Shown: one piece after another, positions 49,125 through 57,304 of the stretch | Layout of the letters: every line of letters starts with the position of its first letter | Numbering within the stretch: the stretch's first letter is position 1 | From: a virus | Lineage: Duplodnaviria; Caudoviricetes | IMG/VR virus record: IMGVR_UViG_2863231158_000001 | DNA: 64,000 nt | Reading direction: 5' to 3' (one strand) | Program-made: the position numbers and the translations under genes | The notes under the pieces: generated by a model | Database searches by the model: none | Told to the model about the DNA's origin: nothing | The model's input: the letters and a program-made list of their open reading frames with translations, nothing else

Positions 49125-49203
49125 GAGGGGCGTGCGGTGACTTTTTGAGTCCGGTCCGTAACCGACCGGTTACCCCTCGCGGGGCGCCCCAGACCCGCCC
49201 CTT

Positions 49204-49240
49204 CCCGATGTTCCAGAGTGACACTTCTGGAGTGATCGGG
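49204..49240. other. Candidate att junction of prophage 2
   Basis: Imperfect inverted repeat CCCGAT..TCCAGAGTG-A-CACTTCTGGA..ATCGGG immediately upstream of the serine integrase. Confidence 0.5.
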
Positions 49241-49242
49241 TC

Positions 49243-51096
49243 ATGGCGGTATCTACGCAGGTCAGGGACGCGCGGCAACCGTTGCTCTCCACGGGGGCCA
49301 TGGAGAACGACACCACACCTGTAAAGGATCTGCCTACCGAAACCCTGCGCGGTGTCCGCTGCATCCGGCTGTCCGTCCGCACCGACGAGACCACCAGCCC
49401 GGAGCGGCAGCGCGAGGCCGACGACGCAGCGGCGGCAGCCCTCGGCATCACCTTCGGCGAGGGCGCCGCCCTGCGTGAAGCGGTCGACCTGGACGTATCC
49501 GCGTCCCTGGTCGGCCCCTTCGACCGTCCGCAGCTCGGCGGATGGCTCAAGCGCCCCGAGGACTTTGACGCCCTGGTGTTCTGGCGCTTCGACCGCGCCA
49601 TCCGGGACATGGACGACATGCACGAGCTTGCCAAGTGGGCACGCAGCCACCGCAAGATGATCGTCTTTGCCGAGGGCATCGGCGGGGGTCGGCTCGTGTT
49701 CGACTTCCGCAACCCCATGGACCCCATGGGTCAGCTCATGATGTTGATGTTGGCCTTTGCTGCTCAGGTCGAGTCGCAGAGCATCAAGGAACGCGTCGCC
49801 GGGGCACAGGCAGCCATGCGGAAGATGCCGCTGCGGTGGCGCGGTGGCGGCAAGCCCGCATACGGCTACCTGCCCGCTGCGATGCCCGCCGAGCACGGCG
49901 GAGTGGGCTGGACCCTGGTTCCGGACCCGGACGCGGTGAAGATCATTGAGCGGATCATTGCCGAGCTGATGGACGGCCGCGGACTGCACAGCATCGCGCG
50001 CGCTCTCAACGCGGACGGCGTGCTGTCCCCCTCCGCGCACTGGACTGCCTACCAGGCGCGCACCAAGAAGCGCACCGCCGTGGCCACGGACCAGCCCGTC
50101 AAGAAGCCCGCACAGTGGCGTGCACAGACCATCGAGAAGATGCTGACCAACGAAGCGCTCATGGGCTGGAAGATGCACCGCGGCAAGCCCGTGCGCGACG
50201 ACGCGGGCAACCCCGTCATGGCCACCACATCCCCGATCTTCAGCCGCGAAGAGTTCGACCAGGTCGGCGCACTGCTCGCACCGAAGCCGATCACGGAGAA
50301 GGCGCCCGAGCGCAAGGACTCCACCGCGCTGTTGCTGCGGGTCGCCCACTGCAACGGGTGCGGTGAGCGGATGTACCTGAACCGGTCCTCGGGCACCTAC
50401 CGGTGCTCGTCGTACAAGTACGGGACACACTGCCCCGCCCCGTGCACCGTGCGCGCTCCGTGGGTCGACGACTACGTGACCGAACAGTTCCTCAAGGCTG
50501 CCGGACAGATCCAGATCAACCGCGTCATCGAGATACCGGGCTACGACCCGCAGACCGAGATAGACGCGACAGCGGCAGAGTTCGCCGAGCACCAGCAGGA
50601 CAAGGGGCGCCAGAAGTCCAAGACCGCGAAAGCCGAGTGGCAGCGCCGTGCGGACGCCCTTGACGCGAGGCTTGCAGAGCTGGAATCCCGGGAGAAGCGC
50701 GAGCCCCGCCGAGAAGTCGTCCCCACCGGGCGCGCGTACGCCGACGACTGGCACCAGGGCGACACCGCAGCACGCCGCGCCATGCTCATAGCCGCGGGAG
50801 CACGCCTGATGATCAAGCCCGGCGGTAAGGGCGGATGGCGACGGCTCGACCTACGACGGGTGGAGTTCACCATCACCGGGGAACTGGACCCCGCTATTGC
50901 CGAGCTTGCGACCGTCACCAGAGACGCGGAAGCCGAAGCACGCAACGACGCTCCCCCGGCTCCGGGCAGCGCGGCACGGCTCGCCGAGCCCGGGCCCGAG
51001 CACGCCCATGCCGAGCCCGCCACGAGCCCCGTGCGTGAGCGCCCCGAGCCCGAGCCTGCCCCTGCCGAGCCCGCGCGGGAACTGGTCGCCGCGTAG
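49243..51096 (+). CDS. Large serine recombinase (integrase)
   Basis: IRLS (catalytic S)...SPERQR, DVSAS, WRFDRAIRD, YGY recombinase domain, CNGC...YRC Zn ribbon, coiled coil. Confidence 0.95.
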   Translation: MAVSTQVRDARQPLLSTGAMENDTTPVKDLPTETLRGVRCIRLSVRTDETTSPERQREADDAAAAALGITFGEGAALREAVDLDVSASLVGPFDRPQLGGWLKRPEDFDALVFWRFDRAIRDMDDMHELAKWARSHRKMIVFAEGIGGGRLVFDFRNPMDPMGQLMMLMLAFAAQVESQSIKERVAGAQAAMRKMPLRWRGGGKPAYGYLPAAMPAEHGGVGWTLVPDPDAVKIIERIIAELMDGRGLHSIARALNADGVLSPSAHWTAYQARTKKRTAVATDQPVKKPAQWRAQTIEKMLTNEALMGWKMHRGKPVRDDAGNPVMATTSPIFSREEFDQVGALLAPKPITEKAPERKDSTALLLRVAHCNGCGERMYLNRSSGTYRCSSYKYGTHCPAPCTVRAPWVDDYVTEQFLKAAGQIQINRVIEIPGYDPQTEIDATAAEFAEHQQDKGRQKSKTAKAEWQRRADALDARLAELESREKREPRREVVPTGRAYADDWHQGDTAARRAMLIAAGARLMIKPGGKGGWRRLDLRRVEFTITGELDPAIAELATVTRDAEAEARNDAPPAPGSAARLAEPGPEHAHAEPATSPVRERPEPEPAPAEPARELVAA

Positions 51097-51414
51097 ACGC
51101 GCCGTAGGTCCGGGACTGTCCCGGCGGTCCCTGCCGACTGCCGGGGCTCTCGGCTGCCCCGGTACAGTCCCTGAGCGGCTAGGTATCCGGTTGTATGCGG
51201 TGCAGTACAGCTAGCCGCGAGAGCCCCGGTCGGTCCCCGTGACTGCCCGGGGCTTTCCGCTGCCCGCCCTCGGCTGCTCCGGGGGCGGCTCGACAGCGGG
51301 AGGTGAAGGGTGGTGGTGGAGTGACGGTTTACACCACTTTTTTGGAACGCATAGAAAAAATCCAAGAAAAGAGAGCCCGGTACCTCAAACGGCACTCCAC
51401 CACCGGTCAGCCCT

Positions 51415-51617
51415 CGGGCAACCCTTGCTCTCCACATAGGACCGGGAGAGAAGCCGGTTCGCCCCCAACGGGCGCGGGCAACCCTTGCTCTCCACATAGG
51501 TCCGGAAGAGGGACAGGTTCGGTCGCCCCGAGCGCGGGCAACCCTTGCTCTCCACATAGGTCCGAGAGAGAAGCCGGTTCGCTCGTCCAACGGAGGCGGG
51601 CAACCCTTGCTCTCCAC
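51415..51617. repeat. Four-copy direct-repeat array, period 60/60/62 bp
   Basis: CGGGCAACCCTTGCTCTCCAC(ATAGGWCCG) at 51415, 51475, 51535, 51597, with partly variable intervening segments. Confidence 0.9.
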
Positions 51618-51876
51618 TACTTGCCGAGAGCGGGATTACCGCGCACCCGCCCTACAGGGGGACACACGGCGGACTGAGTGTCCGCTCTCGGCGACAAGCG
51701 CTGTTCATGCACCACGCACCCCGCGTTACTCGGGGTGGCCGCGGGGGTCGTGTGGCAGCGTGCGGGGGTCGTACCGCCCATCAGTAACCCACTCGTCCGC
51801 GAGTGCGCCGAACGGGGTTGGAAGCCCGTACGGCCCCCACCACGTCCGGACCGGTCCTCGCCGGCGAGGACGACCA

Positions 51877-51984
51877 TGCCCGCTGACCCAACGGCTAGAG
51901 GTGCGCGGTACCGGCCCCCTCGGGGAGACCCGGAAGCAACCCGCAGAGTTCCCCGGTTCGAGTCCGGGGGCGGGCACTCCACCA
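51877..51984 (+). ncRNA. tRNA-like RNA with an expanded anticodon arm
   Basis: Acceptor TGCCCGC/GCGGGCA; D-loop-like AACGGCTAGA; T-arm CCCGG-TTCGAGT-CCGGG; 3' CTCCACCA. Confidence 0.6.
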
Positions 51985-52007
51985 CAACGACGACCAGGCG
52001 GTGACCC

Positions 52008-52358
52008 ATGACCCCATGCATTGAGTGCCCCGACACGGCAACTCGCCGAGGACGCTGCGACGTTCACGACACACAGCACCAGGCGCGTCCCTCGGTTCGT
52101 ACCCGACGTGCACGCGGTAGGCGCCGAGCGAGACGCCATGATGCGGCGGCGCGGCTCCGCGCACGGATACGGGAGCGCGGTCACGCGTGGTGTGACTGGT
52201 GCTTGGGCGACTTCCCCGCGGATGCGGTGGACGTGGACCATGTGCGGCCCCTCGCCATGGGCGGGACGGACACGGCGGGCAACGTGCAAGTGCTGTGCCG
52301 CGGGTGCCACGGGCTCAAGACGAGCACGGAGTTCGGGGCCGCGAGGGTCGCCGCGTAG
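52008..52358 (+). CDS. HNH endonuclease
   Basis: CDWC, DVDHVRPLAMGG, NVQVLCRGCH. Confidence 0.88.
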   Translation: MTPCIECPDTATRRGRCDVHDTQHQARPSVRTRRARGRRRARRHDAAARLRARIRERGHAWCDWCLGDFPADAVDVDHVRPLAMGGTDTAGNVQVLCRGCHGLKTSTEFGAARVAA

Positions 52359-52518
52359 AGACGCCGCCCTGCTCCATCCTTCTGGCCGACCCCGGTTCGT
52401 TCGGGGCCGACGTCAGGTAGAACTCCCCGTGCCCACGGTGCAGTGCTCAGGGTGACCGTTGAGACGCCGACACGTTGAGGCCGCCCTGAAGCGCCCTCAA
52501 CGTGTGCCGCGTGTGGCC

Positions 52519-52854
52519 CTACAACTGGCCGAAGTACACCGAGTGCGGGACGTCTGCGCCGCCGTAGGCTCCCGAGTTGCCCGGATAGAGCGTGTCCTGC
52601 GGGACGGAGCAGCCCTCGTCCCGGAAGACCGTCGCGACGGTGTCTGTGATGTTGTTGACGACGCCTCCGCCACCGGGCATGACGATGCATTCCTCGTCCG
52701 GCGGGTTCAGCATGGTCCGCAGGAATCCCGTATCGGCCCGGTTGTACGTGAACGTGCCCGTAGCTGCCTGTGCGCTGGTCGATACTCCGGTCACCAGCAT
52801 GACCGCCGAACCCGCGACGAGTGACAGCCTCGCCAGTCGTTTGTGCCTGTACAT
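52519..52854 (-). CDS. Small secreted protein (moron)
   Basis: Basic-hydrophobic signal peptide ending AQA; two Cys; antisense to phage genes. Confidence 0.75.
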   Translation of the reverse strand: MYRHKRLARLSLVAGSAVMLVTGVSTSAQAATGTFTYNRADTGFLRTMLNPPDEECIVMPGGGGVVNNITDTVATVFRDEGCSVPQDTLYPGNSGAYGGADVPHSVYFGQL

Positions 52855-53187
52855 GTGAGCCTCTTTCCGGTGATTTCTGCGATGAATCTCACGAGTGCTG
52901 CATTCAGAGCAGCACGGATTCTTCGGCCATACAGCTACTGCGCATATAAACCACCTGAAAGGGTCCAGGAGGGGGCTACCTGGACATCACGCGCATCATC
53001 CGAACCGGCGGGCGGGGACTGCCTCGTGATGAGCGTGGAGCAGCGGGCGCCTGATCCAACCCGCCCACACGTAAGCCAGACGCCGCCTGCACGCGTGGAA
53101 CGTCACCTCGTGCCTCCAGCCTGCGGTTGTCAGGAACTCCCCACTCACCTAGCACCCCTGACCAGCACCCATCGGGAGGTGATCCAC

Positions 53188-53562
53188 GTGCCCCGTAAGC
53201 CCCGTACCCCCTGCACGGTCCCCGGGTGTCCCGAGCTGACGGACGGGGGACGCTGCCCGACGCACGAGCGCGAGGCGCAACAGCAGCGAGGCACGACGGC
53301 CGAGCGTGGCTATGACACCCGCTGGCAGCGGGTACGGCGCCGGTACTTGTACGCGCATCCGTGGTGCGTGCTGTGCTCGCGCATCGCGACGGTGGCGGAT
53401 CACTTCCCGGAGTCGCGCCGCTCGCTGGTGGCCCGGGGCGTGGCCGATCCGGATGCGTGGTCGCGTCTACGTCCGCTGTGCACGTCGTGCCACAACCGTG
53501 AGACCGCGAAGCATCAACCGGGCGGTTGGGCTGCCGAGCGCGTGAAGCCTCGCCGGCTCTGA
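53188..53562 (+). CDS. Packaging-associated HNH endonuclease
   Basis: GGAGGT RBS; CTVPGC...RCPTH; HPWCVLC, VADH, LCTSCHN. Confidence 0.85.
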   Translation: MPRKPRTPCTVPGCPELTDGGRCPTHEREAQQQRGTTAERGYDTRWQRVRRRYLYAHPWCVLCSRIATVADHFPESRRSLVARGVADPDAWSRLRPLCTSCHNRETAKHQPGGWAAERVKPRRL

Positions 53563-53665
53563 CTCGGCGACCAGGGGGGTACTCCCTCGCCCCGCCGAGA
53601 TTGATCGGCAGGGAGGTAAAAAACTCGCATGGCTCATTTGAGCGTTCCTATGGAGGTGATGAGCC

Positions 53666-54145
53666 GTGGCCGTTCCGGGCCAGAAACCGAAGCCGCACAT
53701 TCAGGCTGTCCGTGAGGGGACGTTCCGTCCCGACCGGAATTCCGAGGGGGCGCGGTTCGCCCCCGAGATCCCCGCCGAGCCGGATTGGTCCGAGCTACTG
53801 CCGGGCGACTCCGCCGAGGACGTGCGGGACAAGGCTGCTGACGTGTGGGCGCGGACGATTCCCGCCCTCGTGGTGTCGGCAGGCTTGACCGACCCGCAGA
53901 GGGAAACCGCTATTGAGTATTGCGTGACAGTCGCTCGCCTTTGGCAGGCAGAGCGGGAGCTATCTCGGACCGGTCTGGTTGTCGAGACAGAGCGCGGGAA
54001 CGTCAAGAGTCCATGGGTGACGATTGCCCACCAGTATCGGAGCCATTTCCGGTCGTTGGTCGGTGAGTTGGGGCTAAGCCCTGCGTCTGCAACCCGGATC
54101 ACCCCGCCTGAGAGCGGGGACGATGATGGGGACATATTCGACTGA
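53666..54145 (+). CDS. Terminase small subunit (P27-like)
   Basis: PGQKPKP, YC, KSPW, ELGLSPAS. Confidence 0.88.
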   Translation: MAVPGQKPKPHIQAVREGTFRPDRNSEGARFAPEIPAEPDWSELLPGDSAEDVRDKAADVWARTIPALVVSAGLTDPQRETAIEYCVTVARLWQAERELSRTGLVVETERGNVKSPWVTIAHQYRSHFRSLVGELGLSPASATRITPPESGDDDGDIFD

Positions 54146-55823
54146 CGAGCTGCCCGTACCGCTGGACGCGCTGTACGAACTCGGGCTTACCGAGGACGAG
54201 ATAGCCGAAGCGGCCGAGTCCCGTCCGCTCGTCCTCGCCCACCAGGCGCCGAAGCGTGAGGGTTCCTATTTCGATGTGCCAGCCGCTCGCCGAGCCATTG
54301 CGGCTATCGAGTCCATGCGGCACACGAAAGGCCGTTGGGGCGGGACTCCGCTCAAGCTCGCGCCGTGGCAAAAGGTGTGGATCATCGCGCCTATCTTCGG
54401 GTGGCTGTGGCGTGACCCGGAGTTGGGCCGTGCCGTGCGGGTGGCTCGTACGGTGTGGATTGAGGTTCCCCGTAAGGCTGGCAAATCCACACTGTCCAGC
54501 GGTATCGGCCTGGTGCTGTTGCTTGCCGACCGTGAGATTGGCGCCGAAGTGTACGCGGCTGCCGGATCGCTTCCGCAAGCCGAACGCGTCTTTGATGACG
54601 CTAAGCGCATGGCGCTGACTTCACGGGCCGCACGGGGTCGCGTAGAGGTTCTACGGGGCCTTATCCGGGTCCCGCGTACGGGCGGTGTGTTCCGGGCGCT
54701 CTCGAAAATCGCTGAGACTGCCCACGGGTTGAACGTGTCCGGCGCCATCGTGGATGAAGTCCACGTGCACAAGCGCCGTGACCTCATTGACGCTATTGAG
54801 ACCGGTACCGGTGCCCGTGATCAACCCCTAGTCGTGTTCATTACGACTGCCGACGAGGGGCAAGAGGGCAGCATCTACGACGAGAAACACACGTACACGC
54901 GCCGCTGTGCGGACGGCATCGTCGATGACCCCGGGCATTACGGCGTGATTTGGGCGGCCGAGGAAGCCGACGACCCTTTCGCCGAGTCCACGTGGCGTAA
55001 GGCGAATCCGGGGCTCGGAGTATCGCCCTCGCTTGCGTACATGCGGCGCGAGGCGGCAAAGGCCAAGTCCACGCCTTCCTACTTCCCTACGTTCTGTCGC
55101 TTGTCCCTCAACCGTCGTATGCGCTCGTCCTCGCGGTGGCTGCCGCTTCCGCTGTGGGACGAGAACAACGGCACGGTGGACGAGAAGCGGTTCCGGTACC
55201 GGCGCGCGTGGGGTGGGGTGGACCTCTCCGCGGTGTCTGACCTCTCGGCGTGGGTCCTTGCGGTTGAATCCCGGGTGCCCGGTGTCGAGTTGGAACTGAT
55301 CTCGCGGTTTTGGCTGCCAGAAGAACGGGTGGACGAGCTAGAGCAACAGCTACAGGTGCCGCTTAGGCAATGGGCTCGGGATGGTCTGCTGACGCTGACC
55401 GAGGGCGACGCCATCGACTATGACGCCATCGAGCGTCAGATAGTGGCGGACTGTCGCCGACTGGACGTGCAGCGGATTTCGTACGACCGGATGTTTGCCG
55501 GGCAGCTCGTCCAGCGAATCGACGCTAAGACGCGTGGGGTTGATGTGGTTCCGGTCGCGCAGACCTATCTAGGGATGAGTCCCGGCAGCAAGGAACTTGA
55601 GCGGCTGTTGCGCGAGGGGCGGATACGGCACGGCGGCAATCCGGTGTTGCGGTGGCATGCCTCTGTTGTGGAGGTCTACCGGGATGGCAACGACAACATG
55701 CGCCCGGTGAAACCGGACCGGGACAAGTCGTCCGCTCGTATCGACGGGATTGCCGCGGCAGTGATGGCGCTTGACGGATATGTGCGGCGCCCGCTGAAAC
55801 GTGCTCGCGCTGCGAGTGCTTAG
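54123..55823 (+). CDS. Terminase large subunit
   Basis: LAPWQ, VPRKAGKST, IVDEVH, ITTA, GVDLS, RIDG. Confidence 0.95.
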   Translation: MMGTYSTDELPVPLDALYELGLTEDEIAEAAESRPLVLAHQAPKREGSYFDVPAARRAIAAIESMRHTKGRWGGTPLKLAPWQKVWIIAPIFGWLWRDPELGRAVRVARTVWIEVPRKAGKSTLSSGIGLVLLLADREIGAEVYAAAGSLPQAERVFDDAKRMALTSRAARGRVEVLRGLIRVPRTGGVFRALSKIAETAHGLNVSGAIVDEVHVHKRRDLIDAIETGTGARDQPLVVFITTADEGQEGSIYDEKHTYTRRCADGIVDDPGHYGVIWAAEEADDPFAESTWRKANPGLGVSPSLAYMRREAAKAKSTPSYFPTFCRLSLNRRMRSSSRWLPLPLWDENNGTVDEKRFRYRRAWGGVDLSAVSDLSAWVLAVESRVPGVELELISRFWLPEERVDELEQQLQVPLRQWARDGLLTLTEGDAIDYDAIERQIVADCRRLDVQRISYDRMFAGQLVQRIDAKTRGVDVVPVAQTYLGMSPGSKELERLLREGRIRHGGNPVLRWHASVVEVYRDGNDNMRPVKPDRDKSSARIDGIAAAVMALDGYVRRPLKRARAASA

Positions 55824-55825
55824 AC

Positions 55826-55859
55826 CGCCCCGTTCGGGTTCCTGCCGACCGGGGCTTTT
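55826..55859 (+). terminator. Hairpin plus T run between terminase and portal
   Basis: GCCCCG...CGGGGC-TTTT. Confidence 0.45.
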
Positions 55860-55879
55860 CCATGCCCGGAGGGGGGAGC

Positions 55880-57304
55880 ATGGCGGAGACTCCGCTACAG
55901 ATGACGGTCCGTCTACGGGCCAAGATCGAACAACGCAAGGCGCGGGCTAAGCGCTGGTCGGATGCGTACGAGGGGGAACGGCCCCTGATGTTTGCAAGCC
56001 CTGAGTTCAGCACGCAGACCGGTGACCTGTTCGCCGATTTCTCGGACAACTGGTGTGCCACGGTTCCGGATGCGACGGTTGAGCGGCTTATGCCGATCGG
56101 TTTCCGGCTTGAGGACGGAAGCATTGATCAGGCGGCGGGGCGAGCGTGGCGCAAGAGCGAGTGTGACGTAGAGATTGGCCTCGCTCTGCTAGAGGCTCTG
56201 ATCACGGGCCGCTCGTACGCGCTGGTTTGGAAGCCCGACGGGATCAATACCGAGATCACGTTTCAGCACGCGTCCAATGCCGTGGTGGAGTACGTGCCTG
56301 GTCGTCGACGGCTCCGTAAGGCGGGGCTCATGGTGTGGCGGGACTCGGGGGTTGAGTTTGCGACGCTGTTTACCCCGGACATGGTGTACCGGTGGCAGCG
56401 TCCGACTCGGAACGGCGGGGCGTGGACCGGGCGTACGGCGGGCCTTTCCCGCGGCGAGCCGAGCCACATTCCCAACCCCCTCGGCGTGGTGCCGCTGGTG
56501 GAGTTGCCCAACCGGTCACGTCTGCACGGGAGTCCGCGCAGTGAGCTTGCAACGGTGCTGCCGCTACAGGATGCGGTGAACACCCTTTGGGCTCACCTCA
56601 TGACGGGTTCTGACTATCTCGCGCTTCCGGCGCGTGCGGTGCTCGGCATGGACCGGCCCGTTCGGGAAATCGTGGACCCCGATTCGGGGGAAGTCGTCGG
56701 CGAAGAGGACTTGCCCCTTGACCGGTTCCGCTCGGACCGTCTGCTGTGGCTGGAGAAGGAGTCCGCGCGCATTGCTGAGTTCTCCGCGGGTGACCTCGGG
56801 AACTACCTCAAGGTGATTGAGGTGGCGGTACAGCACATCGCCGCGCAGACCCGCACCCCGCCTAGCTATCTGGCGGGGCAGCTCGTCAATGTGAGCCCCG
56901 ATGGCGTCGCCGCATCGGAAGCGGGTCTAGTCGCCAAGGTGACGGAGAAGCAACGCCACTTCGGGGCCGCACTGCGGGAAGTCATGCGACTTGAGGCACT
57001 GGCAGCCGGCGAGCGTGCTCGGGCGGAATCCCTCACCCTCGGCTCTGTGGTGTGGAGAGATCCACAGTTCCGCTCGGATGCGCAGTACTCGGACGCACTC
57101 GTGAAGTTGAAGAGCATCGGCGTACCGGACGAAGCACTCTGGGAGCGCATCCCGGGCGTGACCCCGGACGAGATAGCCCGGTGGAAGTCCATGCGCAACG
57201 ACCAGGCGAGCGCGATCCTCGGCGGGAACGTGGCCGAGCTGTTCGGCCCTAAGCCCGAGAGCGAGCCCGACGAGCCCGCAGACGAGCTTGCAGAGGCTGC
57301 CTGA
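55880..57304 (+). CDS. Portal protein (SPP1 gp6-like)
   Basis: FSDNW, VPLVELPN, QDAVN, AAQTRTP. Confidence 0.92.
   Translation: MAETPLQMTVRLRAKIEQRKARAKRWSDAYEGERPLMFASPEFSTQTGDLFADFSDNWCATVPDATVERLMPIGFRLEDGSIDQAAGRAWRKSECDVEIGLALLEALITGRSYALVWKPDGINTEITFQHASNAVVEYVPGRRRLRKAGLMVWRDSGVEFATLFTPDMVYRWQRPTRNGGAWTGRTAGLSRGEPSHIPNPLGVVPLVELPNRSRLHGSPRSELATVLPLQDAVNTLWAHLMTGSDYLALPARAVLGMDRPVREIVDPDSGEVVGEEDLPLDRFRSDRLLWLEKESARIAEFSAGDLGNYLKVIEVAVQHIAAQTRTPPSYLAGQLVNVSPDGVAASEAGLVAKVTEKQRHFGAALREVMRLEALAAGERARAESLTLGSVVWRDPQFRSDAQYSDALVKLKSIGVPDEALWERIPGVTPDEIARWKSMRNDQASAILGGNVAELFGPKPESEPDEPADELAEAA

Noticed and set aside
51415-51617. Calling the array a CRISPR array
   Set aside because: The intervening segments share sequence (GGTTCG; units 1 and 3 similar) and no cas gene is in the window; kept as an unexplained repeat
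51415-52358. TIGR-Tas-type RNA-guided system (array plus HNH)
   Set aside because: The 116-aa HNH leaves no room for a Nop domain, and I see no box C/D motifs or matching period
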